Shown: in pieces, positions 29,414 through 43,405 of the stretch
Layout: each line of letters begins with the position of its first letter
How positions within the stretch are numbered: position 1 is the first letter of the stretch
Assembly (NCBI RefSeq): GCF_009914755.1
Contig: NC_060938.1
Reading direction: 5' to 3' (one strand)
From: the human T2T-CHM13v2.0 reference genome, Homo sapiens
DNA length: 64,000 nt
Notes under the pieces: generated by a model
Database searches by the model: none
Told to the model about the DNA's origin: nothing
The model's input: only the letters and a program-made list of their open reading frames with translations
Translations under genes and position numbers: made by a program

Positions 29414-30896
29414 TAAATCAGTTTATAAACAATTTATTGAATGCGTTGGGAATACATTTTAGTGCAGGGCCTGTTCCACATACTTCTTACTTTCTCTTTG
29501 CCTTGATCTTTTCCCTCATGCTCAGTATTACTCTTGTAATACAAATCTGGGATTTCTATTATCCACTGCCTTGAGTTTTAAGTAATATTATCCATGTGTA
29601 TGTTGTAAATTATGAATGTTAATATACATTAGAAAGTATATTTGTCTATATATTCTTAAAAAATCAAAGGTGGAAATCTAGGTCTAAACGGGTTATGCTT
29701 TTGTTATTAAGTGCAGATTTAAAGACTGTTAAATGATATTTGACATATGTCATTGCTCTCATGGTTGAACATACTGACAATTAGCTTAAAAATTCCATTG
29801 GCTCCACCTTATGGCTCCTTATTATCAAATGCCTACGTTTTCCCCAATAGCATGCTCTTTTTAACCTGCACTTACTATGTTTTGATTTAAAACTTTCTAT
29901 ATGCATGTCCTTAGTCATGTTTCCTGAATTAAAATTATAAATACCAGATCATTTTACTTACTTTCCATGAGACCTACTGTAAATTCCTGTTTGATTCACT
30001 TTGATATTTGGCAAGTTCTTTGAATTCCTTTTCTCTGTTGTATAAAACGATGAACAGAGTATGGACTAATATTAAGAGGAGCGGGTTCCAGTAAAATTTT
30101 GCCACAAGTATCTGTATGTTTTTCTGTCAATTATTTCATTTTTCTGGGACTTGCTCTAGGAGTTGTATCTAAAGAGGGTACTGTTGGAGGTATTTGATTT
30201 CAATTTTTTTAAAATTCATATTCTAAAATTTTATTTTCATTTATTTTTCTCAAGAAAATAAAGCTAGACCCAGAATCAAGACTTAGCTCAGCCATTTTCA
30301 AGTCCAAGAAAGCTTATCTCGGGCTTTGTTTCTCTATCCTATGCTTCCAAATTTCCCTGGATATAGCGCTCTGTTAGCACCTAACATACTTTGCAAATTA
30401 TCTACTTACACTTCTATCTGTTACACTAAAGTACAAATTCTTGGAAGGCACAGAGCTGTCTTCCTCTCTCTATCCCCGTGCATCCCAACATTAAGTACAA
30501 TATCTAATTGTAGCCAACTCTTATTTCTGTCTGCCTTGCATATCTGCTTGCCTAGTGAAACTGCCTGGCTTTCAATTCACTCTCAAAACTGTCACTCAAG
30601 TTATTCCATCCATGTGATTCTATTTAGCTTAGAATCTTCCTCCTCATCTTCTGAATTTCAACTAAGGATGCAGGCATGAGGATTAGAGGACCTGCCAACC
30701 AATGGCGATATCCTCTAGAACTGTTTCTCAGATAATGCTCTTAGAACCCAGACTCTGTCCACAATCTGCACTTCCACTTCCTCAATCTAAGTCGCTCAGT
30801 TTTTCCTTTGATTCTGTAATAAGAAATGTGACTTTTCTTAAATTAAACCCACCAAGTTTCTGTTGCATGTACTTAAAAAAATATATTTGATTCCTT

Positions 30897-32640
30897 GGCA
30901 TGGACCGAACCAGGTTTTGAGGAGCCTGAAGTTTGTATAATTTTGGAGTCTCATTTTAAGAAAAAGAATATAAGCTATTAAAACAAAATTAGGCACAAAT
31001 TGTCTATATATGTGAATATGAACTGTCTCTCTCTATATATACATATGTGTACAAAACACACACTCTATATATATATGTATATTTTTTACTTTGTCTCTAT
31101 ATAGATACATTGATTGAAAAAGAATCTGTATATATATAGCTTATCTATCTTGAGAAAATAATACTTACAAATTTTAAAAATTTGATCAATACCAGAAGAA
31201 TCAGAAATTGAAATAACTCAACTTTTCTTGTTAATTTTATCTGACATACTTCCTTGATATTTTTAAGTGTACATTTTGATTGTATACTTATTTAGTGGCT
31301 TCATCTTATGACAATTTCACTATTTTGTTTATGTTGAGAATAGAGAGATAATTCAGTTTTTCAGGTGGCATTGTTAAAATTGTATTATTATTATTAATCA
31401 TTTAGACAAGTTTCAACTTCACACTTCATGCTAATAATAAATGTTAATGTTGTTGTCAGTTTCAGGGTTTCATTGATTTCGAAGAATTTAAAGTGTGTGT
31501 GTTGACAAAACCTAAGTTTTCTTTGATTTTTCTGATCCACAATTACCAGCTTTTTGTCAGAGCTTGCTCTTATTGTGCTGGCATATTATGAGTTTCATCT
31601 TGTTTTTTTTTAATTCTAATATTTTTGTTAAAATCAGAAAAATAAATCTTTCTGTTATGTATTCGTGTAACAATATCTCCTACATTAAGTAGATTATTAA
31701 CAATAAAAAATCCGCCTTTTTCTTGTATTTGAAATACATCTCTAATTCATAACAAATTTCTACTTTTGGTACAGTGTAAAAGTTTTGTTTTTAATTTCCT
31801 TCTCAATATTAGAATGAAATGTCTACTAATTTTACCACTCACATAATTATGACTTAAGTTTCAGGTTCCATTCAGTTTATTAGAAAAATTTCCTAATTTT
31901 TAATAACCTTAAAGTGATGAAAGAAGGCATAAAACACACAAGTCCAAATAAATGGTCTATCATTTCTTTCCTGTTTAGTTGAAATGTTGCAAAACATCTT
32001 TCCTCTTTAAAAGGTATACCGCATTTTCGCAAATGTACCATTTCCCTTAATAAAGAAAAACAAAATGTATTGTACACTTATACATGCTGAAAATTTTCAT
32101 ACATCCTTGAAAGAAAAGATTTTCTGTTTTAATTTGTCATTGTTGAAAACCAAATTCCCCACTAAAATTGTATACATCACATAAATGAAAAAATTTTCAA
32201 AAGCCAACTTCTCATACCACATATTTCTAACACTCATCTATCCCATTAGGGACATACTTGCAGTGTTAGGCAGTACAGGACAGACTCCTTTGTGCCCTGA
32301 CAAGCGAGAGTCAGCATAGACATGACCCAAATAACTAGACATGGAAGTTACTGTGAACCAAATCAATATCGTCCCAATGCACACACACTAAACACATATT
32401 CAACTCAGTTCCTTTTTGCCAAATCCTAATATTGCCTGTGACCACTCCAGTGGTGCCTGGCTAAGGGGAAGTGTGACTGAGGGGGAGCTGGAGTGGTAGT
32501 GGGTGAGGGCTTGACCAATCATAGGGAAACTATCTTGCCCTCAAATTTGGTAAAGGCATGGCCACGTGCATTCATCGGTGGGGCCTTTCCCAGGACGTGG
32601 AAGAAAACCTTACAAGTCAATGTCTCTTCAAAGGGAATTC
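30897..32640 (+). mobile_element. Zaphod/MER115-type hAT-Tip100 DNA transposon relic
   Basis: Start ccaggttttgaggagcctgaagtttgtataattttgg...taagaaaaagaata...aaaattaggcaca and end ggggcctttcccaggacgtggaag match recalled Zaphod/MER115 ends; AT-rich interior. Confidence 0.7.
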
Positions 32641-33478
32641 TTGGTATATTGTACATGCTAAAAAATAAAAATAACAATAAAACATGATTGTGTTTGCTGT
32701 TAAAGGGTAGAAAGAGTATACAGTATGCCAAACACATCTCAAGAGTTAGTGGCATTCTGAAGAGAAAGAAACTATCATTAGATATACTGTCCTTGTCATT
32801 TTTAAACAAACTCCCTCTGGGGGATTCCATTGAGTGGCATCTTCATGAATTTCATCAGTAGGGATACCTGCTATGGGACCAGGCAATTCTCTAATATGGT
32901 GATTGGGATACAACCCCATTCCTAAAGCAGCAGCAGTGCCCAGCCCCATTATTCATGAAAAATGGTGAAAAAAGTAATAAAGCACAAAAAATGAGGTGTG
33001 CTCTAAAAGACAAGGAAGATTACATCAGTGAAACCTTCAGGCATTTTCTGCTGCTTAATCCATTATCATTTTCCTTAAGAAGTTGAAAAATTAGGTGCCT
33101 AATTCCAATTGTTCTATGAGAATTTGAAAAGACACCAGGGCACCAAATCTCAAAAAATTTTAAAAGAAACAAAACTAAAGTCCCTCATGCAAATGATAGT
33201 TATATGAAAAAACAAATGATAAAGTCATTTGGCTCTTAATTTTTAATATCCTTACAAAGTGTTTTCTACCTACCCCAACCCTCCACAACCTTGCCCCACT
33301 TCATACATAATATTTCACATGAAATTAGACTAGCGGAATGATTATATTTGTTAGTTTTAAATTATATGTGGAAATGTTTAAATATCTGGCTTTTAGAAAT
33401 TGAAGGAATTTACTTACTTTTAAACAATTTTATAAATAGCAATCCAATATTATACATTTAATTGTAGATGTATGTATT

Positions 33479-33480
<2 letters not shown>

Positions 33481-33519
<39 letters not shown>
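33481..33519. repeat. (TG)19 microsatellite
   Basis: Perfect TG run. Confidence 0.98.
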
Positions 33520-33523
<4 letters not shown>

Positions 33524-35494
33524 ATGCATGATTCATGGCTAAAGAAAACATTAAAAAGCTACTTTGCTAGTATACCTCAACACAGAAATATTGTAATTGT
33601 AAATGAATAATGAAGAAATCTAGAAAATAATTCAGAGATTAATTTCTGCAGTAATCATCAGAGACAGGATTTCTAATTCTGTTCTTTAAAGCAATACTAT
33701 TTGAACTGTGTGTGTGTAAAATGTGGGAAATTTTTCCCATTGTAATACACAGGAAGTAATGCATGTTACATTCCTTCCCAAACCCAGAACATGGAAATAG
33801 AAATGGAAAAACAATTTAGGCTATAAAATTTCAACAGTAAAGCAAAACAGAGTGCTGCCCTTTAATTTATCTACAAGTCTCCAAAATCCTGATCATAGCC
33901 AAATTCAATGGTATTTTAAATCACTGAAGTATGTTAAGAGATACAAAATAAATTCCTGAAAATATCTATCCTCTCCCAAGAGCATTTCTCCTGACAGATG
34001 GGAGAATTTATATTTCAGTCCTTTTGGTCTCTCTGTTCTATCAGCGTGCAGGCCTATACTCACACACATGGACAAGCACCCACAAATAATAGTATTTATA
34101 TGAGTTAACTCACATCTTTAATTGAAATCTCCCTTCTCTTCCTGTTAACCATAGCATGGCCACCCACGATGCTTGTTCAATTCCAGAAGTTTCCTGCTCA
34201 TTTAGGCAGAATCCTGGAGGCAGAATTCATGGGGGATTAACACTCTAAAGCATCCTTTCACCGTGAATCTCAAATCATTTTGCACATTTTAATTCATTCT
34301 TGGAAAGCCACAGACAGGAAGTTAACTGCCATGCCTGTTTTTCAGAAAAATTCCTTTAAATAGAGAGAGATTCAAGTAGATAGAATATATTTAATTCAAG
34401 CATATTAAATCAAACACGAGGCATTTTTAAGATGAAATGTTCAAATTTACATAAAAACTATGCTTTAAAAGAGGTATCGTAAAAATCCCAGCCAGGTTTG
34501 TAATTAGCTATATCAAGTGAAACACACACATTTACAAACAAATGTTTTATTTAAATGACCGTGCTAATGCAGACTAAAAGAACATAAACAGTGGTGACTA
34601 AATCTGTTTATAATTAAAATCTTAATGCATATTTTTCATGTAGCTTACAACATAAGGGTCAGTAAGACCCTTTCATTATGTGTGTAAAAGAATATAACAC
34701 ACTGTAAATACAAATGAAAGATAGTACATTTGGTTTACCCTCTCTCACAATTCATACCACAAAATATGGTTTTAAGTAAAACAAAATAAAACAAAAATGA
34801 ATACTTTATAAAGTGTCTAATACATTGTGGGATGAAATTACCCTATACATCTTTCCCTAGGGCAACAAAAATTTTGTTTAACATATGAAGATGTAATTTT
34901 AGGAAAATTAGACTGTGAATACTCATAATACAAATAGAAGACAGAATGCTTTGTTTTGATAAAGGTAGCATTTCTGTCGACTTCCAGGTAAGAAAAAAAG
35001 CAGGTGAAATCCAATTTATTTTAAAAGGTCTTCAGAAAGTGACCCATCCCAAATTAACTTCTCGACTGTCCCATAGTTCAAATTAAAAAAAAAAAAAGAA
35101 GTTTAAAGAACAAGTCTGAAGATAAAGAAGAAAAAACAAAAATAATGATATCTGAATGTATTTTCAGTTTTAATCAGAATGTTTTAAAAAGGAGAAAGAG
35201 ACAGTAGAATTACTTTCTGAGTAATTAGAAGAGAAGATTTCTAAATACATAAGATACACCGTGTGTATGTCGCAATCACATTACAAGTCATAACCAAGTC
35301 ACAATGAAGTGCATGTGACAATCAAGTTACCAAACGAGGGGGGTGGGGGAACTATGGTATAGAAGAACATGTCAGTTCACGCAATGCTATACTGCGATTT
35401 TAGACTATCTTTAAATACAATTAAACAAAGTTATACAGTATCCATTAGTCTTTCCTGGTCTGATAACAGCCTTTCAGTAACAATTTGAGAGATT

Positions 35495-35660
35495 AATCAA
35501 AATAGTCAAATTACATGTATTAAATGCACACACACACACACACTCACACACATATTCAGTGGTTTTTAATGTATTCACAGAGTTGTGCAACCATCACCAC
35601 AATCAATTTTTGAACATTTTCATTAATCCCCAAATAAATCCCTGTACCCATTAGCAGTTT
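35495..35660 (-). mobile_element. L1MB-type 3' fragment containing a (CA)n run
   Basis: ttcagtggtttttaatgtattcacagagttgtgcaaccatcaccacaatc...gtacccattagcagt. Confidence 0.8.
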
Positions 35661-35782
35661 TAACCAGTAACGTTATTTAAACCGGTTTTGTACATCCCCA
35701 CTTTTGATCTCTCAACTTGGACCATCCTAGTGTTCTGACTGTGTGTCCCTTGTAATTCCTTCTTCTTTCGTTGAGCATAAGA

Positions 35783-36020
35783 TGGCAGGATGTCACAATA
35801 TGGTGGTTTAAGATCTCATCTCTGCAGCCAAATTGCCTGTGTTTAAATCCTGATTCCCTTCCATACAAGCCTGGCCTCTCTAGCAAATTACTAACTCTTT
35901 TTGTGCCTCAGCCTTCTCATCTGTCGAACAGAGATACAGGTAATAGTGGTATCTCCATCATAGCATTTTGAGAGAATTAAATTAAAAAGACAAAGTATTC
36001 GAACAGTTAGCATATATGTT
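35783..36020 (+). mobile_element. MIR
   Basis: gcaaattactaactctttttgtgcctcagccttctcatctgt is the MIR core. Confidence 0.75.
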
Positions 36021-36369
36021 AACCATGTTTTATCAAAGCAAATTGTTTTAGATCCTAGACTATATCATGAGAAAACAGTTGTGTTCTCAGATAGATCTGG
36101 AACTTAAAAAGTGTTTCAAATTTGTAAATATCTTAATGTAAATAAATAAAATAATTTTCTTAGGATATGTGATATGAATTCAAACTTATTTTTAAATTAT
36201 GTAAATGAATTGTTCAAATGTGTATTATAGTTGAAAAAGATAATATCTATTTTGATGCCATTCGATTCATCTTTTTGCTCACAAGCATATGAATGATGAC
36301 TTTTAAATCAGAAACATCTATTCATGATGCAGATATACGCTGTGTTTGAAATATTGGTCAACATGTATT

Positions 36370-36640
36370 TAGTGCAAACCAATAGAGGGCATGCTGGTCA
36401 TAAAACTGAGTGTGAGATTTATCCTCTGTGGCTCTAATTAACGGCATCCGACAAGCTGTCGGTCACCGCTGGAAAACCCATGTTTGTGTATGTTCTCGTT
36501 ACATCACCTGTGTTTGGAAGCAAGAAGATGTCTTAGTGAGGTCCCGCCCACAGCAGACATGATGCTGTGCCCAGCCGCTCACCCCACTTCACACCAGCAT
36601 GAACTCACTGAACTTTGGTTGAACTTCCTTGTTGAGTCGA
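36370..36640. promoter_or_regulatory. Candidate enhancer or promoter in unique sequence
   Basis: Eight CpGs in 36441-36640, plus CCAAT, GGTCATAAAA, TAATTA, CACCTG and CCCGCCC motifs. Motif-based only. Confidence 0.3.
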
Positions 36641-37552
36641 GTACATTTTTTTAATGCAATCTATCCTAGTTAAGCCTAATTTGTATTTCATTTCACAACC
36701 TTGTCATTTAACACAAGCCCTTCAAGATAGATTTTAGGGCAGCAGCTAATCTAAAACCTAAATGAAACTCATTCGACCCACCAAGGACATGCTTTCTGTT
36801 CCTGGAAGACATTCTTAAGAGAAGTAAATGGGCAAGCATCTCTATAAATTGACTTTTTTTTTTTTTTTGTACTCCATGTTTCTGAGTTGTCTTCTGTTAT
36901 AGTGAAAAATGACTACTATATATTTTTAGCAATTTTTTCAAATTTTTTTTCTTCCTGGGAAGTCATTTGTTCTTTCAACAACACATAACGGGGAGAATAT
37001 GGCCAATATTGTCAATCTTCAAGATTATATTTAAAAACTTATCAGGAGTGCACTTTGCAGACTTGGCTATGACAGGTTATATGCGAGGACAACTTTCTTG
37101 TCAAATAAGGGTGGTGTGCCTAAGAGGTTTTAATTGCTTTTATTTTTAAAAAAGATTCTTTGCACACGAAAATGTAGCCTTCCATTAACTCAGTAGTAAC
37201 GAAGATAAATCTTAGCAGAGCAATTATTTCTTGAAGTTCAGATGGCCACACATAAATTTCTTTCCTTGAATTCAGCACATTTTTTGGTTATCTGGTAGGA
37301 ACATTAAGTCCTTCAGTATAGACAAGCTTTTCTTTTGGGGGGGAGAAGGAGTTATTTCCTTTCTCTTCAAATGTATTTCAAATTTATTGTGTTTGGATAG
37401 GCCTGTTGGAATAGTTGCCACTTGTTTCCAAAGTGCTTCTGGAAATATGACTCCTAATTAAATATAAATTGTATAGAATACAAGTATTCTATACCGGATA
37501 TAAACCTCTAGACTTGGATTTAAGAAGCGCACTGTGAACAGAACTCTCAGGC

Positions 37553-37990
37553 TGAATTCATTTACTAAATAAATATTGTCTATAGTATGCACAAAGCACT
37601 GTAGAAGATAAGATGATGAATAAGATAGAACTTTATTCTCTATGAGTTTATAGATCTTTAGTATAGGTAACAATAATCATTATTATTTGCTGAATATTTA
37701 CTAAGCATTTGGCATTGCGGGTTTTAAAGATAAGACATACGCCTGATTGTGCAATAGTTTTTGTACAAGGAAGACCTGAGTGCAAGTCAAAGTAATTTTA
37801 TTGAGCACCTACTATGTAACAAGGATGATGAATGCTCATGGTGCCAATCAAAAACAACTCTGCTTTCACAGAGCATACACTGGTTAAATGCTCTAAGAAA
37901 GAAATAGCTAGCTCCTGTGTTATGGGATTCAGAAAGGAAAGATTATCATTTCATTCTGTGTGGAGGAGGTAGCATTATAAGAAAGATTTG
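37553..37990 (-). mobile_element. Cluster of L2 3' fragments
   Basis: Three reverse L2-tail-like starts: attcatttactaaataaatattg, gaatatttactaagca and tttattgagcacctactatgt. Confidence 0.55.
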
Positions 37991-38526
37991 GGTATGGAAA
38001 TGCAGACAGGAGGGAGAAGAAAACCAAGACATCTAAATTATTTTTATCTTGAAGTATAATTTGAAGCTATTGTTAAGGAGAACTTGTAACAATGAGGAAC
38101 TTTGTCAGAAGTTTTGGAGCGTGTGTATATATCCATATATATATATAGATATATATAATTTTAGAATATTATATATTTATAATTTCAGAAAATTCCAAAC
38201 TACTAATTCCAGACAAGATCATGTACAGAAGAATTGAGTGATACAATAAAGCTATTTTTATTTCATTTATAGGCTCATTGAAATTGCAAAGCTCTCGATG
38301 TACAATCCACCTATATTCACAATGTAGCCAAAGTAAACCTTGAAAACATGACGTGGTCTTAGAAATTACTGGAGCAAAAGGGGCTATAAGAATAAAATTA
38401 AAGGATTTTCTTTCTTTATTCTAAATAATATTGCCCTGATTCCTAGGAAATACTCCAAAAGCTTATGGGGATGTACATACCCATTTGATTTAATATCTTG
38501 CGATTAAAGATGCTATAGCTGAATCT

Positions 38527-38972
38527 TGTGCCAAACCCTGTTAACTTCAAAAGGGGAAACATCAGATTCAAGAGGCTGAAGAGGAGACCCAGAGTCAGCA
38601 AACAAGACGTGCTTTTATTAGGGGCTTACACACAGGAGAGAGACTCCAGAGGTAGTGGGCTGGACAGGAGAACCACAACCACTTGCAAACAACATGCAGT
38701 TTCTATAGCATTTTCACTTAGCAGCTTCCTTTAATGACCTCCACCTGGCAACTTTCATGCAACCTCAAACTCAGAGCCTCTCTATTCCCTCTACAGCCCA
38801 TGTTTCCCAGGACTGGCTAGGGGCTCAAATGTTCCTCATAGACAAGGAACAAATCTCTGGCTTGGCTACTCCTGGATTATCTAGCTTGGAACATACATTC
38901 AAAAGCACCTACCATACGGGATCATCCTAAGGGTGTGCTTAATTTATTGCTATCGGGTACCTTTACCCTATG
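38527..38972 (-). mobile_element. LTR47A-like ERVL solo LTR
   Basis: tgtgccaaaccc start; the right end taagggtgtgcttaatttattgctatc...tttacc is the reverse of the recalled LTR47A start. Confidence 0.75.
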
Positions 38973-39584
38973 CCTACAAACAATGGCCAGTCAATGAATT
39001 GTCTTTGTATGTATATATCAAAAACATTTTCTGCAGAACATGAACAATAGAAGAGTATTTCCTTTGGGTAAAAGGCTAAAAATATATAGGTTTTCTTGGA
39101 TATTATCTATTTTTTTTCTTAAAAACTAGACATTTGAGGCTTTTTCAGTTTCCATTTAATTCTCACAAATTATATTTCATATTTTGACTTTCAATTAAGT
39201 TCGTTCTTCTAACTAATAATTGCTGGGAAGGCCTGAAAGCAAAGAGAGCTACCATCTTTTGCACTGTACTGACGTCTGCATTTCAGTGGCAAACTGATTC
39301 CCAACTATGCGTTGTATTTCCTTTTCTAGAGTTCCAGGATTTACTGGGATGGTCACCACTGTATAATTGCAAATGTAAGTGCTACGATAATTATTGTAAT
39401 TACTATTATTAAACAACATAAGTCTCTTGCAGCAAGAAATGAGTTTCTGAGTAATGGAGGTGATTTTATAACCTAATGGGACTAAAGTCATTTAGCTGTC
39501 TATCTTAACTCTCCAATCACCAAAAAGGGCAACATTTAAAGATTTAGGCAAATCTTTCAACCTAGAAAAGAGTTGGAAAACGTA

Positions 39585-39865
39585 TTTATTTATTTATTTA
39601 TTTATTTGACACAGAGTCTCGCTCTGTCACCCAGGCTGGAGTGCAATGGCACAATCCCAGGTTCAAGCGATTCTTCTGCCTCAAACTCACAGGAAGCTGG
39701 GATTACAGGCACCCGCCACCATGCCTGACTAATTTTTTGTATTTTTAGTGGAGATGGGGTTTCACCATATTAACCAGGATGGTCTCAATCTCCTGACCTC
39801 GAGATCCACCTGCCTCGGCCTCCCAAAGTGCTGGGATTACAAGTGTGAGCCACTGCGCCTGGCTG
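39585..39865 (-). mobile_element. AluSc/Y-like SINE with small internal deletion
   Basis: (TTTA)n tail and ccaggatggtctcaatctcctgacctcg; the ctcggctcactgcaacctcc segment is missing. Confidence 0.93.
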
Positions 39866-39897
39866 TAAAAATGTCTTATTTTTGAATTAATATGGCC

Positions 39898-40211
39898 TTT
39901 TTTTTTTAACATTTTTTTGAGAGACAGAGTCTCACTCAGTCACCCAGGCTGAAATGCAGTGGCACGATCTTGGCTCACTGCAACCTCCACCTTCCGGGTT
40001 CTGGAATTATAAAGTATTCTAATGCCTCAGCCTCCCGAGTAGCTGAAATTACAGGTGCACACGACCACGTCTGGCTAATTTTTGTATTTTTAGTAGAGAC
40101 AGGATTTCACCATGTTGGCCAGGCTGGTCTCAGACTCCTGGCCTCAAGTGATCCACCTGGCTCAGCCTCCCAAAGTGCTGGGATTGCAGGCATGAGCTAC
40201 AGTGCCTGGCT
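39898..40211 (-). mobile_element. AluSz/Sx
   Basis: Complete reverse dimer with ctcaagtgatccacc and a short AT-rich insertion near 40000. Confidence 0.93.
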
Positions 40212-43009
40212 GTTTTTGATGATGCTTTTAATTACCAAAGCATAGTTCTCATTTGTTGTTTCTTTTCATTCATATTAATTTTTAAATTATAAATGCAAGG
40301 ACAAACTCACACAAACCAAAATAAATGTAAAGCACCAATCCACAGAGTGAGGTAGTACATGTTTGCAGAGATTTCTTGGCTTATTAACAGCTAATCACCT
40401 TTAAGGAAAAAATAAATAAGGCTTTAGCTGGCCACATTAAAATCATTCTCGAGGCTATGAGTCCTTATGGGTAGGATTTAATATGTGTCTTGAATTTCAG
40501 CTTAAGTAAAATTTGGCAAACCTTTTCAGTCATTTATAACCACTGATAATCCCCATAGTTATGATAATCAGTAGGGTAAGAGTCCAGTTGCTTTGTGGGT
40601 TTTTGCAGGTATAAAGTATGAGAAATGCAATTAACTTCAATTTAGAGTGAAACATATTTTCCTCCCAGATATTTTGTCCTGTGACTGAGCTTAAGGGAAG
40701 TAGTAGAAAATACTTGAAGATAATACATGTATATAAATAAATGATAAACTATAGCTGAATAAATTTGGAAACATGGTACCAAATATCTTCCTTACTATGA
40801 TAGTCTTGTTGGCGTCATTGCAGAAATGTGATCTAACAAATTATATAAAATATGTAACAAAATGGAGGCACGCTTGACAAAGGAATCACACCATCATATG
40901 AAAATACTTCTATCTTGTTTTTTAAAAAATAATATTTATAGTTCTTACTGTTCATTCCTTGAAGAAGTAACTAGGAGAGATAGCATCATGTTGGCCATTA
41001 GCATTTACATTAAGAAGGGATCACCATTCCTAATTAATTTATAGTAGCAGAATATCCATGCAGATACTGAAAATACTGCATGAAAATAATATATACGCTG
41101 ATAAAATAATTATTTTCTTCATAGGAGCATAACTTTGAACAGATATGTTTAATAGTGCATTAACTTTCTTTTCACCTGGCAGGAAGAAAATAATATTGTT
41201 CTATTTCCATGACCAGTAATTATATAATTTTTATTTAGTCCATCAGTCGCGATAAAGAGGGATCATAGAGGACCATTCTCAGACAATATAGTATCCATCA
41301 AAGGCATCATGGAAAAGTTAGTAAATTGAAGATGATTACAGTCTTCGAGTAAGCCATCTACTGAAAATGTACATTAAATTCCAGTTCCTAGTTCCCTAGG
41401 TTCCACTGAGTTATCCATTTTCCTTTTTGTAAAACAATAATAGTAATAATAGTTCTTAAATTGCCTTGATATTTTCCTTTCTCCCAATAAATTGGAAGAC
41501 AATTAGCAATACATCAGAATGCATTCCCCTAGAATCTTTCTTTTTCCCTTCCTTCTCACCTGGAAAAGTTAACCCCAAAAAACCTTTTAAGTACATTTGT
41601 CCAATAATCATGGCTGATCACCACAGGATGATTCCATTTTCTTGAAGACAAAATCGCCCTGGGCACATCAATGGAGACTTGGATGGAAAACAAGAGTTTT
41701 GGTTAGAAAGCTAATCCAGATACAATAAACATAAAATTGTGATGCTCTATCTGTTGTTTGTTCCTTGTTTGTACAAAATTAGAAGGTGCTAATTGATCTT
41801 CACTGCATTGGAAAAAAAAATCATCCTAGCTTTTAACAGCTCTTTTCCATTAATGGGATTCTCATAAACTCCAAGGATAATGAAAACAAAACAAAACCTT
41901 GAATGGAAAGGCAACTGCACCATAAAAACCCAACATTGCTTTAGATTTTTAAAATTGTCTATCTGGAAAGTAATTAAATCTACTATTGTTTAGCACTTTG
42001 TGTACATTTTATACCACCTTAAGTCTATAAAGACATTAACTGTTGCATACCTTAATGACCACAATTATTTCATTAATTTGAAGCCAATGCATACAATCCT
42101 GTTCAGGTTAAGTGCTTACATTGTGAGGCTGAGTTAGTAACAAAGGTTCAAGGCCAGACCTCAGTTTCTTCTTTGCTAGAAAACTTCAATTCATTCGTCT
42201 GTGATCTCTATCACACCACCTTTATTTCTCTTGCAAACAAATGCTAACATTATTTGCCCCTTCCTAGTGCTCCTCAAAACCCATAACAACTCATTTTCAG
42301 CCACTGCATTATAGCAATAATTATCTTTTTGTCTCTGCCCATTCTTCCAATAAGCAGCTCAAGCTTCATATATTCTTTGTTGCTAACTATTCCTTTCTGT
42401 TTTATTTTTTATTTATTCCATCATTCTGATACTGCCGATGACCCTAGACAGAGTATTTTCTTACCTTCCTCACTTTTGAATTAATTCATCCATTATACCA
42501 GACTGTCTCTTATGTGAAACTGACAGGTAACGGCCTTTACCATACGCTGGAAAGTATCAGGCAAAGTGGAGAGGCAGAAAGACAAGGGTGACTGTCCCAG
42601 CTCAAGAGTTCCCAGCACACAAATAGGAAAGTTCCTGAATCTCCAATTTTCTTTGTTCTCATTTGTAAAATGACTTTTAAAAAGTTTACTTTATGGATAA
42701 AAGGAATAAACGTGGTGTACCATAAGTATCATTATCCTTCTCATTCTCTCTTCTTCTCGACACCTGTATATACTTAAACACTCCTAGGTATTACCTGGAA
42801 GTCGTGTGTGCAACTAAGGCTCTGCCTCGAAGTTCTGGTAAACGGTGCCACACTGTTCACCTCTGGAATTAGGATTCATGGTATAAGATGCGGCATTCAT
42901 TTCATGTTTGTTTGTTTTCTGCACAGTTTTCAAAAGAGCTTATTGGGATGCTAGAAGAAACAGGTCCACATGGAAGAATCCCACTCATCTCTTACTAGTC
43001 TTTCTCTCA

Positions 43010-43405
43010 CCTCTGCCCCAACCACACTAGGCCCTCTCGATGAAAATAGAACCCACACTTTATGCTGGGGCTTCAGTGTCTCGTATTAGCCATTCCTCTG
43101 TCCTGCCTGGCCTGTTCCCTGGTTTGCCCATGGCTCAGATCCTCCTCACTTTCAGCTCATGATTCCATTGCCCTGTACCATGATGTCCTTACTTTAAAAT
43201 TGCCACTGAATACCCTGTACTTGCCACGGATCGCACATCTTCTTTTCCTATCAGCTGACTCTCATACTGTTTATTTCGCACATTGTCTGCCAAGCCTGCA
43301 TGTCAGCTTCACGAGGGCAGAGATTTCAGTTTGTGCTGTGCCTAGGGAAGTACTGGGGATATGTTACATGCTCTGTACCAACTTGTACACTCTACAGATA
43401 AATTA
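43010..43405 (+). mobile_element. L2 fragment
   Basis: tgtcagcttcacgagggcagagattt...gctgtgcctag resembles the L2 3' region. Confidence 0.55.

Noticed and set aside
29225-29416. ORF ending in poly-K/E
   Set aside because: Produced by the (AAG)/(GAG) simple repeat.
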